Shown one piece after another: positions 21,155 to 35,623 of a stretch of DNA of 64,000 nt. The position numbers and the translations under genes were made by a program. How positions within the stretch are numbered: position 1 is the stretch's first letter; each line of letters starts with the position of its first letter. Source of the DNA: Yuukianura sp. NJ FZ-2021 (lineage: Eukaryota); NCBI GenBank assembly GCA_046563655.1, contig CM102290.1:6572001-6636000 (forward strand), written 5' to 3'. A model generated the notes under the pieces. It was not told the origin of the DNA and ran no database searches. It worked only from the letters and a program-made list of their open reading frames with translations.

Positions 21155-24100
21155 AGCCACATCACACTCTTCTGCATATTAACAACGAATTTGTTCCTTT
21201 CACAAACCAGGTAACCAATTCTAATGCTCATTTGACTAATCCGTCTACTTCTGTTCCCACATCCAGTTGTAATCACAACTCCGGCCATGGGGTCCTACTT
21301 GGAACTGCAGAAGTCTACGTAATGGATGCTACTGGAGCCTACCAAACCTGCCGTGTCCTTTTCGATCCAGGAGCTGAGGTTTCCTTTAGCACCGATCGGT
21401 GCTGTCAGCGACTTGGTCTCTCACAGACAAAGTCCAACGTCGCCATCAACGGAGTTGGTGCCACAACAGTTGGTAAAGCAAAGGGAAAAACAATTTTGAA
21501 AATCAAATATATGTGTAATGATTTTACGTTGTCGGTGGAAGCTTTTGTTCTCTCCCAGGTCACAGGTCAACTGCCCTCATTTAGGTGTGGTGACACCTGG
21601 AAAGAATGGACCCACCTTCAGAATCTGACCTTGGCTGACCCCAGATACATTGACCCGAGGGAAGTTGACATTGTACTTGGGGCTGAGGTCACACACCGAA
21701 TTTTCACTGGTCAGACTCTTTCTTCTCGGGTTGATCAACCCGCTGCTTGTTCGAGCCACTTCGGTTGGGTGGTCATGGGACCTGTCCATACTCCACCAGT
21801 GCAGTCTTACACGGCCCACTGCCACACAGTCTCTCTGGATGGAGCCATTCAACGCTTGCGGGAACTCGATCACGTCCCAACTCGGATGCAGTTGACACAA
21901 GAGGAGAGTGACGCAGAGAACCACTTTACAACTCATCACTCTCGTACACAGGATGGAAGATACATTGTTCCACTTCCATTCAAACCCAACATTTCGGAAC
22001 TCGGATCATCACGATCAATTGCATTACGGAGACTCCACCACACTGAACGTCGGCTGGATCGACTCCCGCAACACAAAAGTGAGTACGTAAAATTCATGAA
22101 TGATTATCTCAATTTAGGTCACATGGAACAAGTCCCAGCATCGGAAGAAGGAGAACAATTCAAGATGGATCCATCCAGACGTAGTACCTCCCACATCACT
22201 TCGTTTTGAAGGAGGATAGTACAACAACCAAACTTCGTGTGGTGTTTGATGGTTCGTGTGAATCAAATTCAGGTTTGTCACTTAACAAGTGCCTAATGGT
22301 AGAACCAACTATTCAACCTGATTTATTTACACATCTAATCAAATTCCGATTGGATCCAATCGTTTTAAAGGCTGACATAACAAAAATGTATCGCCAGTTC
22401 TCAGTTTTAGAGTCAGACTCCAACTTCCAGCGGATCCTTTGGCGGCCAACTCCTGATCAGCCTATTCGGGAGTACAGGCTAAAAACAATCACTTATGGAA
22501 CCTCCTCGGCTCCATTCGGTGCCATTCTGGCCCTCAACCAACTTGCTCTGGACGAAGGAAATTACTTTCCCTTGGCCAGGCAAGCAATAATTGAGCGTTT
22601 TTATGTAGATGACTTTTTAGGTGGTGACTCATCAGTTCCAAAAGTGGTGGAAACTTACCACCAATTCACCAAACTACTCGCTCGTGGACAACTGTCAATA
22701 ACTAAGTGGACTTCAAACTCTCCGGAAGTCCTGCAGGAGATTCCTTCACACCTAGTGGAAATCTCCACTCAATCACTGGCGGAGGGATCAAGCACAAAGG
22801 CATTGGGCGTTCAGTGGACTCCAAATTCTTATCTTCTCCATTTCACTGGATTTAGGTTTAACCAAACCTCGGTAATAACAAAACGTACCATTTTAAGTGA
22901 CATCGCAAAGTTATTTGATCCACTGGCGCTACTCGCTCCATTCGTCGTGTCGGTAAAAGTTTTCTTCCAGAGTCTGTGGACCTTGGGAATTGGTTGGGAT
23001 GATAACCTGCCCGAGGACTTGGTAGAAAGGTGGTCCCACCTTGGCTCATCATTGTCATGTCTTAGTGACATTGCCATTCCATTACACCAAATTACCAACG
23101 AATGGAATTACATGGGTTTTCGGATGCCTCCGAAAGAGCCTATTGTGCCGTGGTCTACCTCAGGACATTTGATAACGATCTACCAATATCACGAATTCTC
23201 ACTTCCAAGACTAAAGTAGCTCCTGTCATAGCACAGAGCATTCCTAGGCTAGAACTTTGTGGTGCTTTGTTATTATCAAAACTAATTTCTTTCCTTTTGT
23301 CTAGTTTGGATCCAAACTGTCATGTCTACTGTTGGACTGACAATGAAATTACTTTGCGTTGGATCTCGTCTTCTTCTCGTCGCTGGGTCCCATTCGTGGC
23401 CAATTGGGTTTCGCAAATCCAAGAGCCCACACCAGTCGAATCTTGGCATTTCATTCCTGGGACACTCAACCCTGCCGATTGCGGAACAAGAGGGATCCCT
23501 CTTAATGAGCTTGTCGACAATCAGCTCTGGTGGAACGGACCGGAGTTTCTTTCACAACCACAATTACCTTCGTTCTCCAGTTCACAATCACTCTCATCTG
23601 AGCATCTGAAGGAAGAACGTAAGGTCAAGGTCCTAACTATTCAAGTGTCTTTTCCCATATTGAACAGGTATTCGTCATTTTTGCAACTCCTACGTGTCAT
23701 CGGGTCACTTCTCGGGTTTGTGCTGAGAGCTCAGCAGAAGTCGGCACCGACGTCACGCTCAGTCGAGTTCTACCGAATGGCCACTCGGAAGGTCATTCAA
23801 CTGTCACAACAGGAACACTTCCAAGAGGAGATCCAGTCTCTGACTGAAAACGGTAAAGTAAAACAATCCAGTTCGTTGCTCTCTCTTTCCCTATTTTTGG
23901 ATTCGGATGGATCTCTTCGTGTCGGTGGACGGCTCCACCTGGCATCGCTCCCAGAAGCTGCCAAACACCCTCTGATCATTCACGGAAAGTCTTCAGTCAC
24001 TAAACTACTTGTCCAGCATTACCACCACAAGCATCATCATGCTGGGAATCGTCTTCTGCTCTCACTTCTACGCCAAGATTATTGGATTGTCCACGCACGA

Positions 24101-25123
24101 GATTTGATCAAATCTGTCATCTCTCGCTGCCTCAGATGTAAGCTGTTGAGACAAAAGACGGCAACACAACTCATGGGTACACTGCCTCAACCAAGAGTCA
24201 CGATGTCACCTACGTTTCATCACACTGGTTTGGACTACGCTGGTCCATTTACACTCCAATCTGTCAAAGGACGAGGCCAAAAACAATTCAAGGGCTACTT
24301 CTGCATCTTCATCTGTCTCTCTACGGAAGCCGTTCACGTGGAGTTCGGAACCGAACTGTCGACCGAATCCTTCCTCGGCAGTTTCAAACAGTTTGTATCA
24401 CGTCGGGGTAACCCACTACATTTGTATTCTGATTGTGGTGCAAATTTTGTAGGTGCTAATAACGAGTTGATGGATTTGGTGAGCTCTCACCAGTTCAACT
24501 CGGAAGTTTCTTCTTACTTTGCAGAATCACAGACACATTGGCATTTCAATCCTCCGTCTGCTCCTCATCATGGTGGAATCTGGGAGGCAGCAGTACGTTC
24601 TGTCAAATTTCATTTGAAGAGGATCATTGGGACCACCACTTCAACGCTTGAGGAATTTGCAACAGTTCTTTGCCAAGCGGAGGCAGCGCTGAACTCCCGA
24701 CCTCTTCTACCGATGTCCAGTGACACGTCCGATTTAGGTGTGATCACACCGGGCCACTTCCTCGTCGGCAGACCTCTCCTCGCCGCTCTTCAACCAGATC
24801 ATGCTGATGTCAAGGTCAATCGCCTCTCACGTTGGCTGTTGCAGGAGAAGCTATTCCAAACGTTCTGGAAGGTCTGGTCACTCGAATACCTCACATCCCT
24901 TCAACAACGAGTAAAGTGGACCAAGAAAACCAACAACTTGACAATCGGAGATCTCGTGGCCATCAAAGATGACAATTTACCCCCTCTAAAGTGGAAACTG
25001 GCTCGCGTCATCAACGTTCATCCTGGTCCAGACGGACTAGTCAGAGTCGTCACTCTTCGTACGGCCCTCGGAGAACTCCAACGCCCTGTAGCGTCTCGGA
25101 CCGCTACTATCCCCAAAATATGA
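21155..25123 (+). mobile_element. Degenerate BEL/Pao LTR retrotransposon pol region (end of gag, protease, RT, RNase H, integrase), 5'-truncated and frameshifted
   Basis: HHTLLH (end of gag knuckle), LFDPGAEVSF, TTKLRVVFDGS, YVDD, LHGFSDAS, IPRLELCGA, DYAGP, SDCGANF, GGIWEAAV. Split into three ORFs by frameshifts near 22200 and 23090. Confidence 0.93.
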
Positions 25124-26039
25124 CCGCAGCCCCACCATCAGACTCTCATCTCTGAGTCCGCAGACTCTGACAACTCACCAAAAGACCAAAAACTCACCAA
25201 AACACTGACAACAACGATCAGTGAATAAATGTATGAAAATATATTTATTCACTGGAATAAATAAAGAACTGAAAAACACTGATGACTACATCATATAATA
25301 CAACTGATCCTCCTCCTCCTCTAACAACCAAAACCAGACTGCCTAAAACTACATACTAAATCCTAAACTCCTCGCTCCTCGCCTCAACCCAAATCTACCG
25401 CGAGCCACATCATCATCTCAACCTGCCCCTAACATAACACTACACTAACGCTACGGACGAGCAGGCGTCTCAACCCAATTGTCAAAGTGGTTCCACTTTT
25501 AACCAGCGACGAGTTATCTCCAACTTAATTTTGTATTTTACTTCATTTTACTTCGTTTTAATTTTAATTTATCTTAATTTAAGGCTAAGTTAGGTTAAGT
25601 CATCTTTTCATTTTAGTTAAGATCTTAACTTTTAAGGTTTTTGACAACATTGAATTTGTAACTTTAACTTAACTGATCGATTTATCAACCAGCATGGCAC
25701 AAAGTTTCCCACACATTTGTAAGCGATTTGCCTGGTCTTTTGGTTAGAGTTGCTTGAGCTGTAGGAGGTCACGCAAATTGGGTCTCCTTTTAGTTTTGAC
25801 GGAGGACGAGGGTGACGTTTCGCACTGCCCGAATGACGCATCCGACCTGCAGTAAGTGTGATTTTGGCCGAGGGCTTGGTAGTCCTTACAAATGTATAAC
25901 GTATTTTTTCCGACACGATCGTGTCAGGGGTGGCGGCATGTTGGCGGGTAAACCGACGGTTCATAATCTTAGGCTAATTTTACTTTACTTTTACATACAT
26001 TTTCCATTTCTTAGAATAAGGCTATTTTTACTTTAGTAA

Positions 26040-26379
26040 CGGATTAGAAACACTCGTTTCTTCCCTTCTAAACTTCTAACTTACACACAGTAATTTACGT
26101 TGTGTTCTCATTCTGTGCTTTTCATTACTTAAGGATTAGGAATACTCATTCCTCCTTTTACAATTCAGTGTGCTTTTCTTAGGTTATAAATACTAGTGAC
26201 ATACAGTCACTCAGGGTCATTCCAATTTTGAGTTTCATTCAGTAACCGTCTTCTCTCTATTCTTACATACATTCAATAAACTAAATAACGTAAATTCTCG
26301 ATGTCTTGATCTCTCTGTGGCTTCACCACAATTCACTTGCTCTCCCACATTCATTGGAGGTCGCGGAGGTCAACGAACA
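26040..26379 (+). repeat. Possible partial 3' LTR of the BEL/Pao element
   Basis: TATAAATA near 26185, AATAAA near 26275 and an end in ...GAACA. No second copy in the window to confirm it. Confidence 0.35.
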
Positions 26380-27396
26380 ACCACTGTGGCGTATTTTTCT
26401 AAACCTCTCGCCACTAATGATTCTCGTAGTGAAAAAGTTTAAATAGAAAATTGTTAAAACATTTCAATAACAAAATAGTAAAAACTTACCCAGTTGAGCA
26501 CAAGCCGTAGCGGATTTGCGTGTTTTCGTTTAGTTTTGGTTTCCTGGAAGAATTTGAGCTCTCAAATTTTGGGCAGCGCAAAAACTTTCTAATGTTTTTG
26601 CGCCGCAAAAACAAAATTTTTTATTAGCTAATAAAATACTGCTCAAAAAAGGCAAAAAAGCGAAACTAAGATTTAGGCTAAGGCAGATCTCGGACGTTTG
26701 CAGAATTCAAATTCTTTCAAACTTGGTTAAAGTAATGGACGGTTTGACAAATATCACAACATTTTGTACATGCATATTTTCTTGAACGAGTTTGGCAAAA
26801 TACTTTTAAAAAAAAATACTAAACTACATACTTGTTTAGTATTTTTTTATAGTAGGAAGAGAATATAATTCGACTAATGTCTTTGGACTAACATGGCAAT
26901 TTGAAATAGATACAGCTCTAAGCGGGATACACTTCATAATTTTGGAATACTGCAAGCAATTTCTAAACTTTGTTTTTAAATTTCAACAATTTCTAAATCT
27001 CTTTTCTAAATTTCAACTATTTCTGAACTTTGAACTCTGATTGGTCAAATTTTAGAATAGTACTTTAATATTTCTTCTGTCTTCTAGAATGATCCCATCA
27101 TCAATCGTCAAAAGGCCCTGGAAGTATTGAAAGTGAGGATGTAAAATAGTGTTTCATTTTTTATAAAGTTCTAAAAAGTTTAGTGTTTTTATCATGAAGA
27201 AGAAGAAAAGTGCCACTGCAAAATTAACGTCCTCCTTCACGACCTTGATTAAGGAACTGGCCACTGCACACAAAGTTTTGGACCCTTCAGATTTTCATGT
27301 ATGTCAACTTCAAGTACAACTCCTAAAAATCCTACGTTCTGCCATTTCATAAAATATATATATATATAAACTCTATTATTATGTTGCCTCTACCAG

Positions 27397-28360
27397 TACC
27401 AATTTGTTTCCAAGTTCCAATCGGGTTACCTACTCGGGCAAGAGCGTGACGCAGGCGAATTTTTGGTCCACTTGTTACAGGAACTTATGAAAGAAGCTAC
27501 AAGCCCTTCTGCGCCCCAAACTTTGGTACAAAATTATTCATCAGTTAAAATTCAAAGTGTAAAATTTAGCAGGAGAATTCTTCTTTTTTTTCAGAAAAAC
27601 ATACCATTCAGCATTCAGACTTAAATTCCCTTTCCTATCCTTCAAGTCACATGCGAATGTGCCAAATGTAAGAAAAGAACAACGAGCCAAGATGAGGCTT
27701 GGATATTAAACGTCCCAATTCGGTCATCAGTTGAAGTAACTTTCAATTTCAAATTACATAAATTTTTAAATATGTTTTAACCCCTTGTACAAATATGGAA
27801 CGAAATCCAATTTAATCTTTAAAACTGTAGCTTTGTCTCAAAGCATTCCTGAAGGACGAGGAAGTTGACTTGACGTGTTCCATTTGTGGTGGTAACAGAG
27901 CCATCAAACGCGGAAAGTTTAGCTTGTACCTCAAAGTCCTAATTGTTGCCATCAAAAGGTTACTTTCCTTTTATTAACTCAAACAAATTGTTTTGTAACC
28001 AATTTGATGTGGATGATTTGTTTGTTGTTAGATGGAATACTAAAAGTCAAAAAAGTGAGGACCAGGTTTACGTTCAAGAAGAGTTATTCTTGAAGGACGA
28101 TGGTAATCTGAGAGCTGTGCAGAAGTTGATTGCGGTTTGTAATCACATCGGACTCACAACGCATGGCGGTCACTATACAACTACGTGTCAACGGTCAGAA
28201 AGGTAGATGCTCAGGCACTGAATCCGCTCAAGTTTACACCTCATAAAAACTTATTTTCTGTTTAGATGGTGGAAGATGAACGACGCTTCTGTGACCCCTT
28301 CCAAATTGAGTACTTTAAGCAAAAAGGCCTACGTTGTCATTTATGAGAGACATGAAAAAT
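27397..28360 (+). pseudogene. Ubiquitin-specific protease (peptidase C19)-like spliced gene or fragment
   Basis: Exons read GQERDAGEFLVHLL, HIGLTTHGGHYTT and WWKMNDASV...AYVVIYER. An intact Cys box was not confidently found. Confidence 0.6.
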
Positions 28361-28703
28361 TGAAGAGTTTGGAAAAACATGTTCAATCCTCTTCTCCGAC
28401 CGCAGTGCAGTTTCCACCAACTCAGGAATTAATAAGGACGGCCCTCTTTTGGAGGCACTTGTGGAAGATAAAAGTAACTTGCCTTAACTCATACACGTAA
28501 ACATAAACGCAATTCATAAACGTAAAATTTTTGGGCTGTTTTAGATGGAAAAAATCCTTTCACTTTTACGTATGACAATAACAACGTCAACCCACAAAAC
28601 CCGGTATAATACAAAAAACCCGGGGGTTTTGGATTTTTCCGAAAAACCCGTGGGTTTCCCACTCACTGGAAGTTATTAACTCCGTCCTCTCTTTTTTTTC
28701 AAG

Positions 28704-28832
28704 GGAAAGGATTTACCTGCAAAAGACATTTCCGGGACTTCTGATCCCTATGTCCGCGTCACTCTCCTCCCTGACAAAAAACATCGCCTCGAGACGACGA
28801 TCAGGCGACGGACGCTCAATCCTCGCTGGAAT
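28704..28832 (+). pseudogene. Syt7: Isolated, truncated synaptotagmin-7-like C2A exon
   Basis: After a splice acceptor: [43 protein letters not shown], then an abrupt break. Confidence 0.8.
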
Positions 28833-29426
28833 CCTAATCCAGACTAGAATCCTAACTTTCAAAAAACAACAAAACAAATAGAATCTTTTTTTTTTTGGAA
28901 ACAAACAAAAAACTTTTTGGTTTGCAAAAATTCAAACTTTCTTTTCACTGACGTTGAACTTGACCCAATTTAATATTTCAGAAAACTTTGAAAAAAAGGT
29001 GCGAAAACCAAAATTTCAGGTGAATTTTTATATAGTGAAGTTCAAAAATGTGGAATTTCGTGAAACTTTACAAAAAATCAAAGTGTTTGTCGATTTTCTA
29101 AAAAAAAATTCACATTCCGAATTGTCTACTTCTCTAGACACTCTTTCAGTTTGAGTTGAAAAAGTTCGAATTTTCGGAAAAAGGAAAACGGCGGTGTATT
29201 TTGAACTGGATTTCTTCACATTTTTTTTGTTTGGGTGAGTGGAAAGTACATTAAGGGTTTATTCGTTCTCCGCCTCCTTCCTCTGCCTCAGTCCATCCAT
29301 TATTAAGTTACTCCCTCCATCGAACAAACGCTTTCTTTCTGTTTTCCTTTTCAAACTCCTTTCCCGTCATAGATTCAGAATCGGTTTGGGATTTGGGATG
29401 AACTTTTCTATTAGTCAACCTTTTAT

Positions 29427-29464
29427 CTTCTCTCTCTCACTCTCTCTCTCTCTCTCTCTCTCTC
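29427..29464. repeat. (CT)n microsatellite
   Basis: Direct reading of the sequence. Confidence 0.9.
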
Positions 29465-31814
29465 CACTTTCTCTTATTTATTAACCTCTCCCAAATCCAA
29501 ACACTCTTTTAACCTACAACTAAAAAAATTTTATTTTTAAAAAAGTTTTAGAACATTAATGAACAAAATTCTTTGTCCATTTTTTTGAATTTTCATCCAC
29601 GAAAACAGTTTTTTTTCTTCGTTCTACTAAAAAAGTTTTCTACTAAAACTTTTTCCGCCGTTAGTTGCGATTGAGGGATTTCAGCCTATTTTGAAGTTCA
29701 AAAGAAAGTTGTAAAAAACTTGTTTTGGTTGGATGAGGTCAAAGGTCATTTTTTCTTTTGGCGGGAAGCTTCAATTATTGTGATATTGCGAGTATTGGTC
29801 GGAAGAGAGGGAAGCCTGTGCGTTACGTTATTAACCTAAGGCTGTTATGTCGTTGGACAGAGGAGCGGGAAATTTGGAAAATTGGGTCTGAGAGAGTGAA
29901 AAGACAAAGGGAAGAAGAGAGTCCTTTAAATAATTTATGAGTCCATCACTCACTATATTGATTATGATAAACCCGACCAAATGTCAAGACTTAGCCAAAA
30001 TGGAATCAAACTAAAGGTTCAACAGAGTTGCAATAGAGAGAGAGAGAGAACGCATGCGCACTCTGCGCCAAATTCACAAATTTTCAGTAAGTTGGGCATC
30101 GTGGCCTCGATGGCGCCTAGGCTTCATTGTAATGCAAAGGTTGAAGGATTGGGACACTTTCCCCGTTGGTTACCTAGGGGTAAATAACTTCAAAGTGTAA
30201 CCATGTGGTTACGTAACCACATGATTATGTAACCACGTAATTTACATAAATATATAGTAAGAAATACAACATAGAGGGAGTACCTACTCCAACACAAAGC
30301 CAGAAAATTAGGAAACCAGTTAATTCTTACCGTAAATGTCCTATTAGAAGCGCGCGCTTATAATTATTTTTCGAGTTCTGGGGCGCGCTACTATTCGAAA
30401 CGAAATTTTTTCCGATTTTCTTTAATTGAAAACTAATTTAATTTTTGTTGCAAAGTATTGTAGGCACTTTATAAATTAAGCGTTATCACCATCGTTTTCG
30501 CTCATAACGATGTCAGAATTGTTCAGTTTGAAAGATTTTTGAATCAATTCTGCTCTTTTTTAATCATTCTCAACCTTTCTGTCACTCTAAATGGAATTTG
30601 GGACCCTTAAAGTCCCCCTGCCCCATGGATTTAAAAGCTTTATGTCCCCTTCTAGAACTTTTTAGTCCAAATCCATTTTTGGCTATAGATCTTTATAGGC
30701 TTTTTTAGTCTTTTAATGCGCTCGGTGCGTGTGGCACTTCTAACTGTACATGACTAGAGGTCGACGACCCAACAGATTAACTCCAAAATAATCAACGAAA
30801 AGCGGAAAATTGCATTACATATGAAGAGTAAAGCATTCAGAAGTAAACTGCCTCCCGCGGTTTTTGTTAACCCGATTACAATTGACCTTTTGTGGATTTT
30901 TGACATTACTTTTAGTCTCTAAAAGCTTTTTTCTACTGTGACTCTATTTTCTGAAGACATCACCACTGTAACTTTTATTTGGCAATTTCAACGCCGGTTA
31001 GAAATATTTCTGCTGAACATTGCAGTTTTTAATTACATCAGATTTAGTTGGGTTCTTCAATTCGAGTTCGACTGTAGTTTCATCTTTTTTAAAATTGACT
31101 TGTTTTAAATTTTAAAATGTGCAATGCGTTTTGTTTAATTGGAAGTGGCGTCAGTTGGACTGTTGAAGGCGTTTTGCTCATGTGATGCTTGACTTGCTTT
31201 CTTTTTCTTATGGGTGGGTTTGAAGCCGTTGTTCGTCAGATGTTCCCATTGGATTCAATCTTGGTAAGCAATTAAATTTTTCTCAAAACTTTTCTGTATA
31301 AATGTTGATTTCAATTTTAGTTGAAATTAGTGGCAAGGTTTTTTTTGATGTACGGCGTTTTTAGGTGTGACATCCATTTCAAATAAGGAGGAACCTCTTG
31401 ATTTAGAAAATGCTTTGTGTTGTGCATAAAAGTGTATCTGTCATGTTCATACCATTAGAAGATCCACTTTTTCTATTTAACATACATTGCCAAATCACAG
31501 CATGATCATAATGACAGTGGCCATGTTCATTAATCACATGTAAGAAATTAAGAAAAATGCAAGAAATTAATCAAAGTGTGCAAAATTTTATGGACCCTCT
31601 AAATTGTTTCTTAACAGGCGAGCGACAGTCAGACATTTCGCGATGTTTACTCAGAACGAAAGAAATGTTTTATTAATTTTAGTTGCACAAAATTTAAATT
31701 CGCAAAATTGCAAAAAAAAATTCCAAATCCTCCCGGATGAATGTTGAAACTGTCCCTGAATTTTCAAATTTTGGTGACTCAATTTTGCTTAAATTTTTCA
31801 TAATTATATTGGAA

Positions 31815-34152
31815 GTGCAAGGAGAACCGCGGAGAGACATTGTTCTGGGACTGCGTGAACCGACGCGACGGCCCCAGTAAGAATCGAACCAAACTAAAAA
31901 AAAACGTGGACGAAGAAGCTGGACAAGGAGGGGGTCGAGTGTCCTTTACAGTCCTCTGCGACACAAGACTCAACAACCAATCAGTAAGTTTTGCAAAAAA
32001 ACAAAAATTTTTTCACTTTTACAAAATCCCCCTTTCCGAATTCCTTTTCGGCAAAGACTACAAAGGGACAAAACGTTGCGAAATTTTTACAAGCTGGTTT
32101 GGTCCGCCATTCATGAAATTTTGGTTTCTTCAATATGGCGCACGCAAAAGAGTAATTGGTTCAATGCGTTTTGAGTCTTATGAAATTAGTAGACTCAACA
32201 AGAATACGGCGGAGGACACATGAGGACTCCCTCCGGACACGCAAATTGTTCAACAACAAAACGATCAACAACTGAAATTGTTAAAATGTAAAAAATGTTG
32301 TTAATTTTCATTTCGATACCGGTGACTATCCGAGTGTCGGATGCCAACGACAACAAACCGGCATGGCTCGAAGGCCCCTTTTCCGTTTCGGAACAAACTT
32401 GAGTCGCTCTTTGAGTTTCGACTTTCGATTCCAATTTCAACGTGACATTGTGGGTGAGTGACCACTGTGAAAGGGTGCCAACCGGACCCACCTTGGTCCA
32501 GTGTAGCAACCCTCCCGTAACCTCGGCAGTGACTCAAAGAAGGTGAAAGACGTGACCCTGGAATGCGTGCGACGATGAGTTTATTGCGCTGTTCGCCCTA
32601 AGGGTTCCTCTGGACCTCGGTGTTGGATACCAGGACTCGTCCACTCTCCAGCTCCTCCATCATGGTGGAAGATCTGGAGAGGAGACCTACTGACTCTCGG
32701 CTACTCTCCTGCTTGACTCTCTCCCAATCTACTACTCCGCTCTCCCGCACTCCTCTGCTACTTAAGCTTTCTCTCATGGTCAGGAATGTGACCATGAGAG
32801 GAAGCTGCCAAAACCAAAAGTAGCTCCTCTCACTCGGCCAACATAGGCTCGTGTGCAAAACCTTGAGTCAGTGTGCCAAATCTATGTGGGTAGTGAGGAC
32901 AGGGTTCCGTGGGCTAACCACGGGATCCTGACCTCACACACTGGGTTCCGCCGCTTTTTAGTGACACGACATTGCACGTCAATGTCATCGATTTGGATAA
33001 CCTCAATCCCATGTACGAATTTGAATTTGTAAGTTTTTTTTAAGAGTTTGATTTTGAAAAAATGGAATTTTATATTTTAAATTTTTTTTAACAGGTTTGA
33101 AAACGTCTTCTACTCAGCACTGCTCCCGCGACATGCAAAAGCTGGACTTGTGCTGGACATTGAGCCTGAACCAATCAGAGCCGTTGACCAAGACATTGGA
33201 ATCAATGCACCACTACGCCCCACTTTTCCGGAAGATAAAATTTCAAAATTTTAAGAAAAAAAAAACTCAAAATTTCGACATTTTTTTAAAACTGTTTTGT
33301 TCCTTAGGTCGTCCTGAAGTGAAGCGTCTTACTTTCGTCTGGATCCAAAAACCGGCTGGATTTCTTTGACGCGCGACATTTCCGATGACCAGCTCAACCA
33401 ACCGTTGACCTTATAGCCCACAGGAACTTAAAATATGACCTTTACCCCCACGGGGAACAAGTACTCAATCCATTCCAACTGTAGCCAATGGGTCAATTTT
33501 TTTTAAAACAGTCTAGACTCTGAATCACACCAGAAACACAGTTCAAGCATCTGATGGATTTCAGGTACAAACTCCAAATTTCGAAATTTGAAATTTCCAA
33601 AATTTTGATTTCACCAATTCGATTTACAAAAATCTAAAACCACATGTTTACTCTTCAGCATTGGGAAAAATTTTGAGCTTCGAACTTTGTAGTTGACGTT
33701 TGCACTAAAAGGTCAAAATTCTCAACTCCTTTTTTGTGAAATTTGTGTTTTAGAATGCACCTACTACAGTTTTTATCCAAGTTCTGAATGTGAATGACTT
33801 AAGTCCGAGGTTTAGACAAGCCTTTTATGAGTTCAACGTTTCAGTGGAGGGAGTAACTAAAGGTCAAATGCTGGGTTAAATTGAAGTCGCAGACGGAGAC
33901 TTGGACGACCGCATTTCACTCGAAATCAAAAAAACGAATCTCATTCGCGTCGATACCAACGGGTGACTCAAGGAAAAACTTAAATTTTAAGAAAAGATGA
34001 AAAAGCTTGGAATTTTCTTAAATTTTGAAAAATTAATTTTTTATAGACGACAGTATTTGAAGAACACGAGTTTGGTGAAACGTGAAATGATGTTTTTAGT
34101 TGTGGCTAAAGATTCTGCGGAGCCACCGCGAGAAGCTTTTGTGCCAGTATTT
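31815..34152 (+). pseudogene. Degenerate cadherin-repeat gene fragment
   Basis: IPVTIRVSDANDNKP, LHVNVIDLDNLNP, IRAVDQDIGINAP, VLNVNDLSPRF, EVADGD, VVAKDSAEPP; contains stops, frameshifts and an insertion. Confidence 0.7.
32466..32938 (-). mobile_element. Solo-LTR-like insertion in a cadherin exon
   Basis: GC-richer 473-bp block bounded by TGTGA...TCACA with CAC on both sides and AATAAA on the minus strand. Cadherin coding sequence resumes after it. Confidence 0.5.
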
Positions 34153-35623
34153 TAAATTTTGAACTTTCGGAAACCTGCTGACTTTCCAAAAGTAGAAACA
34201 TGATGAAGCAAGATGTGGAGATGAAAATGGCGGTTTGCTTGTTGCGCAAGCGCAGTGACCAAGCAAGCACACGTTTACGTGGGATTGTTACGATTTCGTG
34301 AAGTTATAGCGTGAGTGGGATAATTGAAATCAACATTTCAATTGAACCCCAAACATGAGAACAAATAGGGAAAATTACTAAAAGGAGAGACTAGGCCTCA
34401 AGGGCCCCCTCAAAGTCCCTCCTCCCAAGGGCACCCTTGGGAAAGAAATGAAAATCAAACAACTAATTGACGACAAACAAATCATGCAACTATCATCACT
34501 TCTTTGCTATTGTCCACTTTGTGACGATGAGCAGTCAGTTTCAGCCTGTCCATCATGCGACAAAGTCGTCAGTCAATATGACGTTGACAGTCATGACGGT
34601 TTTGACCTTTTGGTTGACCTTGGCACTGACTTCGGTCAGCACTCTGCTGATTTCCAGAGGAATTTGCCCAAACTTACCGCCCATGCCGAACTTGAACGTT
34701 ACAAAAGTCAGCATTTAGTTTCAAATACTTTTTTTTAAGAAAAAGTTTCGAAAAGTTGTTCTTTTGTTTCTAATTTTGTTGTTTTTAAATTTCAACATGC
34801 TGGAAGATGGTATGATCCTGAAAAGTACTGGTTTGCTGTTCAAGCAGACTACTTACCAAATTTTGATGTGGACATCAGACAAATTGAAACTTTGTACGTG
34901 GTAAATATTTCAAATTTTCAAAAAGTAGATTTTTTAAAATTTTGCCATTTTTAGAACAGAATGAGTTGTGAGGCTGACAGGTCATACGATGTTTGTGAAC
35001 AAAAACACGACAACAACGGCAGACTTGATACTGGAACTCTTCCTTACTCATAGACGTGTTCCTGTCTTCCAGTCAGGAATTCAAAAATTTCCAAGTTTTT
35101 AAATTCAAAATTGTACAAAAACGTATTTTGTCGTTTTAGTTTCTGTACACTTTCTTTCCCATTTGCGTGTTCTGTTCTGATGACCAACTATTCAACCTAC
35201 ACCATCAATTATTCATATAATCCAAGTTGGCTCATTGAGATTTGGTAATGCAAGACATCACTCAATTCAGAAATTTTGAAATTTTTCAGAGGGGATTTGG
35301 ATCTTACCACAAGGAAGAAAAGACGTTTAGCAGGAAAAAAACGGGCCAAAGTTCACCGAATTGTTGACAGTTTTAGCCTTCAGTCTTCTCTTCCTTTAAC
35401 CTACTCGGACACAACTGTCCCTGGTGAAATTTCAAAATTTCAAATTCTCAAAATTTCAAAAAAGTGTTTTCAAGAATAGTTTTAGTTTAAAAAGTTTAGT
35501 CAAAATTGTTACCACTTCTTGGTTAGTAGTATTAGTAAAAGACTTAACTAAGACTGTCGTTCGTTTCCTGTGGTATGCAAAAATGTGTTGATGTTGGCCA
35601 GCGTTTCATTTGCGTCGTAAACT

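Noticed and set aside
25219..25300. 16-bp hairpin with GAAA loop followed by CTGATGA as a hammerhead ribozyme
   Set aside because: No stem II followed by GAAA after the CTGATGA core, so the catalytic topology cannot be built.
34448..34738. Cys-rich ORF (CPLC...CPSC)
   Set aside because: Possibly a transposon or host exon fragment, but no family could be supported.
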